A DNA stretch of 64,000 nucleotides from Opitutia bacterium (GTDB lineage: Bacteria > Verrucomicrobiota > Verrucomicrobiia > Opitutales > Opitutaceae). The stretch lies in the NCBI GenBank assembly GCA_947478395.1, contig CANJVR010000001.1, positions 352,001 through 416,000 on the forward strand. Reading direction: 5' to 3'. Shown in pieces: positions 10,365 to 19,104 of the stretch. Within the stretch, counting starts at the first letter, position 1; the number at the start of each line of letters is the position of its first letter. Below the pieces are notes generated by a model, which worked only from the letters and a program-made list of their open reading frames with translations, was not told the origin of the DNA and searched no databases. The translations under genes and the position numbers were made by a program.

Positions 10365-10996
10365 ACGGGCCGGGGTTTGCGCGCTTCCGATTCTCGCGCT
10401 ACGGGCAGATCCAGCTGCGTGTCTTTCAGCAGGTCGTAATTTTTCAGAATGCGCATGACTTGGAGCGTGTCGCTCTTGCTGTAGTTTTGATTGCTTTCAA
10501 TTTTGTCGATCAAATCGAGGAGCATCGCACGGAATGAGATGATCGCGTCCACCCCGCGCTCCTTGAGCAACTCCACGCTTTGGGAGCGAAACGGCTCGGC
10601 CGTCGGCAAGGCCGGGAGCACCAGGATTTTCGTGAGCTCGCCTTCGCCCTCCACGCCCGACCCGCTGGGGAAAAGGCGCGCGGCCTGTTTCAAGACGTTC
10701 TCCTCGAGAAAACGAAATATCTCCGGGCTGGTTTTTAGCACGTTCGGCGAAAACACGTTCGTATGCCACGGCTTCACTGAAACCACCGCGCGCTGGACAA
10801 AGGGCAGTTCGCTTGAAAAAAGAAAAAAATCGGGACGACGCGATCCGCGTTGCCAGGTCGGATTCGACACCAGCAGGTCGATTTCCTCCTCGCTGGTTTT
10901 GCGGCGCGCCGAGACGGAATACTTGCGCGCCTGGCGCACGAAAAACCCGTTTTGCTCGAAATATTCGCGTACGATACCTTCGTCGATGGCCGACAT
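10361..10996 (-). CDS. Hypothetical protein, possible PD-(D/E)XK nuclease-like fold
   Basis: E-x-I-V-R-E-Y-F-E-x-N-G-F ... EIDLLV ... VSVK pattern resembling YraN/Mrr-like folds; stop overlaps lpxA start. Confidence 0.7.
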   Translation of the reverse strand: MSAIDEGIVREYFEQNGFFVRQARKYSVSARRKTSEEEIDLLVSNPTWQRGSRRPDFFLFSSELPFVQRAVVSVKPWHTNVFSPNVLKTSPEIFRFLEENVLKQAARLFPSGSGVEGEGELTKILVLPALPTAEPFRSQSVELLKERGVDAIISFRAMLLDLIDKIESNQNYSKSDTLQVMRILKNYDLLKDTQLDLPVARESEARKPRPV

Positions 10997-11092
10997 GTTG
11001 ATTTCGATTTGAGCTTCGCGATTTCGAGTTTTGGCCGGGTACGACGAGCGAGCAAATGCCTAAATCAATTATTCAAAATCGAAACGCCCAAA

Positions 11093-12178
11093 TTACGCTG
11101 CGCCGACTTCGCGCCACGCCGCGACCACGTGCGCCGGATCGATCCCGCTCTGCGTCGCCGCCCCACCCAGGGTTTTCAGGACAATGAAACGCAGCCCCCC
11201 CGCGCGAACTTTTTTATCCCGCGCCATCGCGGCCGAGAGATCAACGAGCGCCAGCGGCTCCCTCAACTTTGTCGGGAGGGCGTGGGCCGCCACCACTGCT
11301 TCCACGCGCGCCACATCGCTCGCCGTCAGGCCGCCCAGCTTTTGCGACAACCGCGCCGCCGCGCAAAGTCCAACCGCCACCGCTTCGCCGTGGAGATAGG
11401 TACCGTAGCCCGTCACCTGTTCGATCGCGTGCCCGAAGGTGTGGCCGAGATTGAGCAGCGCCCGCCCGCCCTCGGCGGCAAGTTCACGTTCGTCGGCTTC
11501 GACAATCCGCGCTTTGAGCGCGCAGCAGCGCCGGATCACGTCCGCCAGCGCGGGCGAGGTTTGTGTGAGCGGAGTATTTTCCAACTGCTGGAAAAGCGCC
11601 GCGTCCCCCAGCAAACCGTATTTGATCACCTCAGCCATGCCCGCGGCAAACTCCCGGGCCGGCAGGGTCGCGAGCAAACCCGTCGCAACATAGACCGCCC
11701 GCGGCTGATGAAACGCACCCACCAGATTTTTCCCGGCGGAAAGATTGATGCCCGTCTTGCCGCCGACCGAGCTGTCGACCATCGCAAGCAACGTCGTCGG
11801 CACTTGGATGAAATCGATCCCGCGTAGATAGGCCGCCGCCGCGAAGCCCCCGAGATCGCCGATCACACCGCCGCCGACCGCGAACAAAACGCCCGTGCGA
11901 TCAAGCCGCTGCGCCGCGAAAAAATCCAAAACTTGGCCCAAATCCGTCAGCGATTTCGTCTCTTCTCCCGGCGTCAACGCGAGCACCGGTGCGGCACCGA
12001 ACATCGCTTTCACGGCCGCCGCTTGGTGAGCTTCAAGGTTACGATCGGTCAGGACGACGAATCTGCGGCCGGCCGTCGTCAACGCGGCGGCATGGGCATG
12101 CACTTCGTTTACGAGGTCGGCTCCGAAGTAAATCGGATAGCTCCGCTCCCCAAGATTCACGGTGAAAATTTCGATCAT
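11093..12178 (-). CDS. aroB: 3-dehydroquinate synthase
   Basis: GGGVIGDLGGF, PTTLLAMVDSSVGGKTGIN, LNLGHTFGHAIE, LHGEAVAVG; start ATG 12178. Confidence 0.96.
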   Translation of the reverse strand: MIEIFTVNLGERSYPIYFGADLVNEVHAHAAALTTAGRRFVVLTDRNLEAHQAAAVKAMFGAAPVLALTPGEETKSLTDLGQVLDFFAAQRLDRTGVLFAVGGGVIGDLGGFAAAAYLRGIDFIQVPTTLLAMVDSSVGGKTGINLSAGKNLVGAFHQPRAVYVATGLLATLPAREFAAGMAEVIKYGLLGDAALFQQLENTPLTQTSPALADVIRRCCALKARIVEADERELAAEGGRALLNLGHTFGHAIEQVTGYGTYLHGEAVAVGLCAAARLSQKLGGLTASDVARVEAVVAAHALPTKLREPLALVDLSAAMARDKKVRAGGLRFIVLKTLGGAATQSGIDPAHVVAAWREVGAA

Positions 12179-12401
12179 GCCACGCGTGTTAATGCCTTCA
12201 TCTCCATTTCCGTCAAACGCCCATTCACCCCGGAATGGGCCCTCGAAACACTCCCCACTCCCGTCGCATAGTGCTGCGCGGGAGCGCGTGGTCCGTGGTG
12301 CGAAGGAGGACGAAAAACTTCTCGCCACCTTCCGCGCGCTCCGTGAGACACAGGCCTCCCCGGTCTGTTGCTTTCAACCGTGCGACCTCCCGTGCTCCCG
12401 C

Positions 12402-12407
12402 TATAAT
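12402..12407 (+). promoter_or_regulatory. Possible sigma70 -10 box for the PepSY-TM gene
   Basis: Perfect TATAAT ~47 nt before ATG 12454; no convincing -35 at standard spacing. Confidence 0.3.
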
Positions 12408-12453
12408 TTCACCGCGACGCTTTCGCCGTTCCACGCCCACTCTCCTTCCGAGC

Positions 12454-13683
12454 ATGAAACGCTTCCGTAAAACCATTTTCTGGCTGCACCTGATCGCCGG
12501 CCTCGTCGCCGGTCTTTCCATCGCCGTGATGTGCCTTACCGGCACGGCGCTCGCGTTTGAAAAGGAAATCCTAGCGTGGGCTCAACGCGACGCCCGCACG
12601 GTGCCCGCGCCGGCCGAAAACACCGCGCGCCTCACGTTGGAGCAATTGCAAGCGAAGGTTCATGACGCGCAGCCTGATTTCCGACTCACCTCCATCGTCC
12701 TGCAGAACGACCCGCGCGCCGCCGTGGCGTTTCCCGCGAGCGCACGCGGCGCCGCCCCCATCTACGCGAATCCCTACACGGGAGAAGTCCGCCCGTCCGC
12801 CCCCACCGCCGTCAACGGCTTCATGCAGTCCATGAATTCGTGGCACCGTTACCTCAATTTCACCGGTGAGGTTGCCCGGCCACGCGGCCGTCTGATCAAC
12901 GGCGTCAGCAACCTCGCCTTCGCGTTCCTGGCGTTCAGCGGTCTCTACCTTTGGTGGCCGCGCAAGTGGCGCACGAAAGGCCTGAGGCGTTCAATCGTCT
13001 TCGTGCGCGCCTACGGCAAGGCGCGCGACTGGAACTGGCACAACGTCATCGGCCTTTATTCCGCGCCCGTGCTAATCGTACTCACGATCACCGCGATTCC
13101 GATTTCGTTTCAATGGGGCGGGCGCGTGATCAACACGCTCACCGGCACGCCAGAGCCCGCCGCCGGCGCTGCGAACGGTCCTGCTGCACCAGCGGCTGGC
13201 GCACCTCCAACGGCGATCGTCATCACCCCACCGGTAACAGGCGCGCGTCCGATCAGCCAAGACGCGCTCGTCGCGATCGTGCAAAAGGACATTCCCGCGT
13301 GGAAAACCATGACCATCGCCAGTCCGGGCGGATCCGGTGGCCGCGGCGGACGCAGTGGCACCGAAACCACCCCGCAACCCGCTATGGTCACTGTGCGCAC
13401 CAGCGACTCGTGGCCGCGTACGGTAAATCTCACCCTGACGCTCAATCCGTACACCGGCGAAGTGCTGCGTCGGAGCGGCTATGCCGACCAAGCGCCGGCG
13501 CAGCGCGTCCGAGCGTGGACGCGTTATTTGCACACCGGTGAAGCGCTCGGCTTCTGGGGCCAGCTCGTCGCCGGCCTCGCGTGTCTCGGCGGCTGCGTTC
13601 TTGTCTACACCGGCTTCGCGTTATCATGGCGGCGTTTCTTCATCGGTAAACCGACTGAGTCGCCACCGTCCCCGATTTCCTGA
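12454..13683 (+). CDS. PepSY-associated TM helix domain membrane protein
   Basis: FWLHLIAGL, YANPYTGEV, WHRYL, SGLYLWWPR, WHNVIG, LNPYTGEVL, LHTGE; start ATG 12454. Confidence 0.9.
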   Translation: MKRFRKTIFWLHLIAGLVAGLSIAVMCLTGTALAFEKEILAWAQRDARTVPAPAENTARLTLEQLQAKVHDAQPDFRLTSIVLQNDPRAAVAFPASARGAAPIYANPYTGEVRPSAPTAVNGFMQSMNSWHRYLNFTGEVARPRGRLINGVSNLAFAFLAFSGLYLWWPRKWRTKGLRRSIVFVRAYGKARDWNWHNVIGLYSAPVLIVLTITAIPISFQWGGRVINTLTGTPEPAAGAANGPAAPAAGAPPTAIVITPPVTGARPISQDALVAIVQKDIPAWKTMTIASPGGSGGRGGRSGTETTPQPAMVTVRTSDSWPRTVNLTLTLNPYTGEVLRRSGYADQAPAQRVRAWTRYLHTGEALGFWGQLVAGLACLGGCVLVYTGFALSWRRFFIGKPTESPPSPIS

Positions 13684-13722
13684 ACCGTTCACCGCGTCGG
13701 CGCTGGCGGATCGGGGCGGAAC

Positions 13723-13852
13723 TAGAGCGATCCAACTAAAATTACGACGTAGCGGCAGGCGTCCCTGCCTGCCGAAGCTAGGAAGCCGAACCCGGCAGGC
13801 AGGGACGCCTGCCGCTACATAAAAGGGCCACGGAAAAACTTAAATCGCTCTA
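13723..13852. repeat. Composite MITE/REP-like element, copy 2 (best preserved)
   Basis: CTAGAGCGAT ... ATCGCTCTAG ends; perfect 26-bp inverted repeat GTAGCGGCAGGCGTCCCTGCCTGCCG (13749-13774 / 13793-13818). Confidence 0.9.
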
Positions 13853-14077
13853 GAATTTCAGCCGCGTGTTATCGTGGCCGCAACGCGGGCACTTCGCCAG
13901 CTCCACCCCGGTCTTGGCCGTGTAGAGCTGGTCGCAGCGAATACAGTGAAAGGTCGTCTTGCGTCGCTCGCGCTCAAAGCGGTGATGCTCGCGGCGATCA
14001 TAGTACAGCCACAGCGCGAGAAATCCGACGGCAAGCAGCACGCAAAAAATAACGGCGCCGGTGGTGAGATCAAACAT
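13850..14077 (-). CDS. Small membrane-anchored zinc-ribbon protein
   Basis: N-terminal hydrophobic helix, then CIRC...CPRC; 75 aa. Confidence 0.75.
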   Translation of the reverse strand: MFDLTTGAVIFCVLLAVGFLALWLYYDRREHHRFERERRKTTFHCIRCDQLYTAKTGVELAKCPRCGHDNTRLKF

Positions 14078-14264
14078 ACGAACGGGAGTGCGACGAGTTT
14101 ATGCGGCCCAACTCAACGTAGCCACGGCTGACACGGATACGAACAGGTGCGACCGATTACCAATCCAGATTTTACTTTCTAGAGCACCGTCGCGCCCGCT
14201 TTGGTGGATCCATGTTCCGGGATTCCGACGCGGGCAAAAGCGCCACGCTAACCCAGGAAATTGG

Positions 14265-14302
14265 AAATAAAAAAACGCGCCGAAGGGTTAGCTTCGGCGC
14301 GT
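14265..14302 (-). terminator. Intrinsic terminator of the alpha operon
   Basis: mRNA ACGCGCCGAAG-CTAACC-CTTCGGCGCGT followed by TTTTTTATTT, downstream of rplQ. Confidence 0.85.
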
Positions 14303-14349
14303 CGAGAGAAACTGAAGAAACAGGCCCGACCCAAAGTCGGGCCTCGATC

Positions 14350-14877
14350 TTAGGCTTTGGCTTCGCCTTCGGTCGCGGGAGCAGCGGGAGCTTCAACCGC
14401 GGCCGCGGTCTTGGGCGCTTTCTTGGCTTTGGCTTTCTTGACCTTGGCTTTCTTGTAGCCGACGTCGTCCGCTTTCACGAACTCGATCAAAGCCATCTCG
14501 GCGGCGTCGTTCATGCGCTGCTGGCCGAGTTTGTAGATGCGGGTGTAACCGCCCGAGCGGTTAACGAACTGCTTATATTTTTCCTTGAACAGCAGCGTGA
14601 CAGCATCCTCGCTGCGCACATCGGCGCCAGCGAGACGCCGCAAATGCAACGCGCGTGGCGCCAGCACTTGTTTGCCGTTCTTTTCGACGGTCGGGATCGC
14701 GCCGGCCTGCTTGGCCTTAGTGATGACTTTTTCGATGAAGGGCCGGAGGGCCTTGGCCTTCGCGAGCGTGGTCTCGATGCGATCGTGCTCGATCAGCGAT
14801 GCGGCCATATTGGACATCATCGATTTGCGGTGTTCACGAGTGACGCCGAGGGAAGCGTGGTGATTTTTGTGACGCAT
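14350..14877 (-). CDS. rplQ: 50S ribosomal protein L17 (internal insertion and K/A-rich tail)
   Basis: MRH...HRKSMMSNMAASLIEHDRIETTLAKAKALRP...RSGGYTRI; follows rpoA. Confidence 0.97.
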   Translation of the reverse strand: MRHKNHHASLGVTREHRKSMMSNMAASLIEHDRIETTLAKAKALRPFIEKVITKAKQAGAIPTVEKNGKQVLAPRALHLRRLAGADVRSEDAVTLLFKEKYKQFVNRSGGYTRIYKLGQQRMNDAAEMALIEFVKADDVGYKKAKVKKAKAKKAPKTAAAVEAPAAPATEGEAKA

Positions 14878-15080
14878 GGTGGTTTGTTTTTAAGCGGTTC
14901 CCGATCGGCAATCCGGTCGCAGCGTAGGGCGGCAGCGGACGGCGCGAGAACCAATAGGTTGAAAATGCCTAGATCCTAGAATTCTGATTGCCAAAAGAAC
15001 GTGGGTCTCGCGGCGAATCGGAACGGGATTTATTGGGAGTTTATGGCTTGGATTTTGCCGATTGTCGCGTGGAACGCGAC

Positions 15081-16082
15081 TCAGCCCTCTTTCTTGGCCT
15101 CGAGGAGGCGCTCGTCGAACTTCATGCCGAGCGAAAGGCCGAGGGCCTCGAGCTTGTCCTTGATTTCGTTGAGCGACTTCTTGCCGAAATTGCGGTACTT
15201 TAGCATCTCCTGCTCGGTCTTCATCGCGAGCTCGCCGACGGTGGTGATATTCGCGTTGTTGAGACAGTTCGCCGCACGAACGGAGAGTTCGATTTCGTTG
15301 ACCGACATGTTGAGGAGCTTGCGGAGCTTGTTCTGCTCTTCGCTGACCCCGGACTGCTGGTTTTCGAATTCAAATTCCTCCTCGGAAACGCGATCGAAGA
15401 CATCGAGGTGATGCTTCAGAATCGAGGCGGACTGCTTGAGTGCGTCATCGGGCGTGATGCGCCCGTCGGTCCAGATTTCGAGGATAAGCTTGTCGTAATC
15501 GGTGATCTGGCCGACGCGCGTGGCTTCGACGGAATATTTCACCAAGCGGACAGGAGAGAACAAGGAATCAATCGGAATGACGCCGATGGCCTGCTCTTCC
15601 TTCTTGTTCGCTTCGCCGGGGTAGTAGCCGCGGCCGGTCTTGATCTCAATCTCGGCCTCGAAGGAGCGCTTCGAGTCGAGGGTGCAGATCAACTGGTCGG
15701 GGTTGACGATCGTGATATTGGCATCGGCCTGGATGTCAGCTGCGGTCACGGGACCGGCCTTGGAGGCCTTGATCGTGAGGTTGATCGCCTCACGCTTGGT
15801 GGAGACGATGAGAACCTTCTTCAGGTTGAGCACAATGTCCGTGACGTCCTCGACGATGTTGTCGATGGACTGGAATTCGTGGTTCACGCCATCGATCTTG
15901 ATCGAGGAAATGGCGGCGCCTTCGATGGAGCTGAGCAGCACCCGGCGGAGTGAATTACCGACCGTGTGGCCGTAGCCGGCCTCGAAGGGCTCGGCGATGA
16001 ACTTGGCGTAGGTCGGCGATGAGCCTTCCTCGACTTTGGTGAGCTTACTGGGGAGTTCGAACTTTCCGAGGCGTTTGGGCAT
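15081..16082 (-). CDS. rpoA: RNA polymerase subunit alpha
   Basis: EPFEAGYGHTVGNSLRRVLLSS, ELSVRAANCL, NFGKKSLNEI. Confidence 0.99.
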   Translation of the reverse strand: MPKRLGKFELPSKLTKVEEGSSPTYAKFIAEPFEAGYGHTVGNSLRRVLLSSIEGAAISSIKIDGVNHEFQSIDNIVEDVTDIVLNLKKVLIVSTKREAINLTIKASKAGPVTAADIQADANITIVNPDQLICTLDSKRSFEAEIEIKTGRGYYPGEANKKEEQAIGVIPIDSLFSPVRLVKYSVEATRVGQITDYDKLILEIWTDGRITPDDALKQSASILKHHLDVFDRVSEEEFEFENQQSGVSEEQNKLRKLLNMSVNEIELSVRAANCLNNANITTVGELAMKTEQEMLKYRNFGKKSLNEIKDKLEALGLSLGMKFDERLLEAKKEG

Positions 16083-16136
16083 GGTATTGAACTCTGACGG
16101 GTTGGAAGAAAAGAGAGGTGAAGAGACGAAGAAGAC

Positions 16137-16748
16137 TTAGAAACGCGAATAGAACTCGACGATGAGCTGCTCGTTGATGGTTAGATCCATCTCGTCGCGC
16201 TTGGGCAGACGGGCCACGATGGCCTTGAAGGCCTCGGCGTTCAGCGTGAGCCATCCCGGGACGTTACGGATGCGGTTCTCTTCAAGATTGCGCGTGGCAA
16301 ACTGGCGGGAAGCCGGGGCATTCTTGACCTCGATTTCGTCGCCGGCCTTCACACTGTAGCTCGCGATGTCCAGCTTACGGCCGTTGACGCGAATGTGGCC
16401 GTGATTGACGAACTGGCGGGCGGCTGCGCGGCTCTTGGCGAGACCGAGCAGATAAACGACGCTGTCGAGACGGGTTTCAAGCAGCTGTAAAAAGCGCTCG
16501 CCGGTGACGCCGCGCTCTTTCTTTGCGATCTCGAACGTCCGGCGGAACTGGCGCTCAAGGAGGCCGTAGACGTAGCGAAGCTTTTGTTTCTCACCGAGGC
16601 CGACCGAGTATTCGGAAACCTTGCGGCGGGATTTCGGGCCGTGCTGCCCCGGAGGATAGTTGCGGCGCTCTAGCGCCTTGGCGGAGCCAAGCAGATGCAC
16701 GCCGAAACGGCGGCTGATGCGGGTAGTTGGGCCAGTGTATCGAGCCAT
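16137..16748 (-). CDS. rpsD: 30S ribosomal protein S4
   Basis: MARYTGP, PPGQHG, LETRLDSVVY, INEQLIVEFYSR. Confidence 0.99.
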   Translation of the reverse strand: MARYTGPTTRISRRFGVHLLGSAKALERRNYPPGQHGPKSRRKVSEYSVGLGEKQKLRYVYGLLERQFRRTFEIAKKERGVTGERFLQLLETRLDSVVYLLGLAKSRAAARQFVNHGHIRVNGRKLDIASYSVKAGDEIEVKNAPASRQFATRNLEENRIRNVPGWLTLNAEAFKAIVARLPKRDEMDLTINEQLIVEFYSRF

Positions 16749-16760
16749 GGTGGGTTCCTA

Positions 16761-16788
16761 ATTTGAAATTTGAGATTTGAGATTTGAG
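16761..16788. repeat. Heptamer tandem repeat (ATTTGAG)x4 between rpsK and rpsD
   Basis: ATTTGAA ATTTGAG ATTTGAG ATTTGAG. Confidence 0.85.
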
Positions 16789-16803
16789 TTTGCGCGCAGC
16801 GCA

Positions 16804-17445
16804 TCAGACGCGACGACGTTTCCGCGGGCGGCAGCCGTTGTGCGGAATCGGGGTGACGTCGATGATCGAGGTGATCTCGAGTCCGATGGCCTGAAGAGCG
16901 CGGACCGCGCTATCCCGGCCGAGACCAGGGCCGGAGATGCGGATGACGACGTCCTTAAGACCGTGCGACATCGCATTGCGGGCGGCATCCTGTGCGACGA
17001 CCTGCGCGGCGTAAGCCGTGGATTTGCGGGAACCGCGGAAGTTGCACTTGCCTGCGCTCGACCAAGCGATGACGGCGCCCTTGTGGTCCGTAATCGAGAC
17101 GATCGTGTTGTTGAAAGACGCGAGCACGTTGGCGACGCCGGAGGAGACGTTCTTGGAGCCCTTGGCCTTGCGGACCTTGATGCTACCAATCTCTTCCTTG
17201 AGAAGTTCCTCGGCGGTGGGCTGACGGGCCACGCCACCGATGAGTTCAACGGGTTTGTCGGCAGGCTTGTCGGCGGGTTTCGCGGCGGCCGGGGCCGCAG
17301 CGGGCGCGCCGTCGGCGGTAGGAGCAGCGGCGCCATCGGCGGCCGGCTTCGCGGTTTTCGGCGCCTTGGCGGGCTTGCCTTCGCCGGCAGCGGGGGCGGC
17401 CTTGGCGGGTTTCTCTTTCTTGGGAACTGAGTTTTCTTCGGCCAT
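16804..17445 (-). CDS. rpsK: 30S ribosomal protein S11 with long A/P/K-rich N-terminal extension
   Basis: [36 protein letters not shown]. Confidence 0.98.
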   Translation of the reverse strand: MAEENSVPKKEKPAKAAPAAGEGKPAKAPKTAKPAADGAAAPTADGAPAAAPAAAKPADKPADKPVELIGGVARQPTAEELLKEEIGSIKVRKAKGSKNVSSGVANVLASFNNTIVSITDHKGAVIAWSSAGKCNFRGSRKSTAYAAQVVAQDAARNAMSHGLKDVVIRISGPGLGRDSAVRALQAIGLEITSIIDVTPIPHNGCRPRKRRRV

Positions 17446-17457
17446 GTGAATGAGGGA

Positions 17458-17838
17458 TTAGACTTCTTTTGCTTTCGTGACACCCACGGTCTTGCGCGGG
17501 CCCTTGCGGGTGCGAGCGTTGGTGCTGGTACGCTGACCGCGGACCGGGAGGCTGCGACGGTGGCGGACGCCACGATAGCAGTTGATGGCCTGGAGGCGCT
17601 TGAGATTGGCGGTGTGTTCGCGGCGAAGGTCACCTTCGACGACCCACTTGTGCTCGGTGATCACGTGCAGGATCTTATTGAGCTGTTCTTCGGTGAGGTC
17701 CACCGCGCGCATGTCGGGATCGAGCCCGACTTCCTTCACGACTTGGTCGGCGCGTTGCGGACCAATGCCGTAGATGTAACGGAGGGAGAACGCGATTTTC
17801 TTCTTCGCGGGAATTTCGACGCCGAGGAGACGTGGCAT
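17458..17838 (-). CDS. rpsM: 30S ribosomal protein S13
   Basis: [29 protein letters not shown]. Confidence 0.99.
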   Translation of the reverse strand: MPRLLGVEIPAKKKIAFSLRYIYGIGPQRADQVVKEVGLDPDMRAVDLTEEQLNKILHVITEHKWVVEGDLRREHTANLKRLQAINCYRGVRHRRSLPVRGQRTSTNARTRKGPRKTVGVTKAKEV

Positions 17839-17889
17839 GTTAGTTTAGGATTAAGTTAAAAAGACTAAGTAGGGAAAAGGAGGAGGAGT

Positions 17890-18660
17890 TCAAAGCGGGC
17901 GCGGGATCGTGAGAATCTCGGGGCCGTGGTCGGTCGTGAGGACCGTGTGTTCAAAATGAGCTGAGGGCTGCCCGTCGGTGGTGACATGAGTCCAACCGTC
18001 GGCGAGGGTCTTCGTCTTGTAGCCGCCGAGGTTGACCATGGGCTCGATCGCAAGGGTCATACCGGGTTTGATTTTTTCGCCGGTACCGCGACGACCGAAA
18101 TTCGGGATTTCGGGCGGCTCATGCATCGAGGTGCCGACGCCGTGGCCGACCATTTCACGAACGAGGCTGAAGCCATTGTCTTCGCAATGCGATTGGATCG
18201 CGTAGGAGATATCGCCGATTCGATTTCCGATCTGCGCTTGGCGAATACCAAGGTCGAGGGCCTCGCGACTAACGCGGAGGAGTTTCTCGATCGCGGGCGA
18301 GATCGGTCCGACGGGGACCGTGTAGGCGTTGTCGCCGACGTAGCCTTCGAACCAGACCACGATATCGAGGGAAGCGATATCGCCTTCGCGGAGAACGCGG
18401 CGCAACGAGGGTATGCCGTGGACGACTTCTTCGTTGACCGAGATGCAGGTATGGGCCGGGTAGCGGCGGGAACCGTGTTGATAACCGTAACAGGCGCTGC
18501 GGGCGCCGAGGCGCGCGATCATGTCGCGGCCTGCTTCTTCCAAGTCTTGCGTGGTGACGCCAGGCCTGACCAACGGCTTGAGTGTCTCAAGTACCGTGGC
18601 GGCGATGGCGCACGCCTCGCGCATTTTGCCGATTCCAATATTATCTTTGATTGGAATCAT
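17890..18660 (-). CDS. map: Methionine aminopeptidase type I
   Basis: CISVNEEVVHGIP, GHGVG..MHEPP, AIEPMV, SAHFEHT; start ATG 18660. Confidence 0.97.
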   Translation of the reverse strand: MIPIKDNIGIGKMREACAIAATVLETLKPLVRPGVTTQDLEEAGRDMIARLGARSACYGYQHGSRRYPAHTCISVNEEVVHGIPSLRRVLREGDIASLDIVVWFEGYVGDNAYTVPVGPISPAIEKLLRVSREALDLGIRQAQIGNRIGDISYAIQSHCEDNGFSLVREMVGHGVGTSMHEPPEIPNFGRRGTGEKIKPGMTLAIEPMVNLGGYKTKTLADGWTHVTTDGQPSAHFEHTVLTTDHGPEILTIPRPL

Positions 18661-19085
18661 GCGGCGAGGTCGGCTCCGTTGATGAGGAGACCGAGGGTGC
18701 GGTAGTGCTCGAGGACGGGTTCCGGGGAACCGTGAAAGGCGAGCGCGGCAACGATAGTTTCGTCGCGCGCATCGAGCCATTCGTCGAACACAAGGGCTTG
18801 GAGCAGCGTAGCCGGGAAGTCCGTAAGGACAAATCCCGCATCAGGTTTGCGCGTGAAGAACCACTTTCGCATCGCTGCGATCGTGGTGGATTCCTCCGCT
18901 CCGGCAGGGCCGGCGCGTCGCGAAATCTCCCGGCGAATCAGACCGAAGGGAGAGACGTGCTCAATGTGCAAAGAACGGGACAGGTTCATCAGCTTTTCAG
19001 AGCGAAAATCAGGTGAACCGAGGATGATGATTTTCGTTTTGGCGGGACCGCCGCCGAGCGAAAAGAGGTCGGTGATGGCGGCCAT
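18657..19085 (-). CDS. Degenerate, LID-less adenylate-kinase-like protein
   Basis: Occupies the adk slot between secY and map; KIIILGSP.., HVSPFGLIRREI, GFVLTDFPATLLQA echo Adk motifs but the P-loop is lost; 142 aa. Confidence 0.8.
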   Translation of the reverse strand: MAAITDLFSLGGGPAKTKIIILGSPDFRSEKLMNLSRSLHIEHVSPFGLIRREISRRAGPAGAEESTTIAAMRKWFFTRKPDAGFVLTDFPATLLQALVFDEWLDARDETIVAALAFHGSPEPVLEHYRTLGLLINGADLAA

Positions 19086-19104
19086 CGCGACCAGAGTAAA
19101 GAAC

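Noticed and set aside
16761..16788. (ATTTGAG)4 as a CRISPR or phase-variation tract
   Set aside because: No spacers or cas genes, and it is intergenic within an essential operon; treated as part of the heptamer family.
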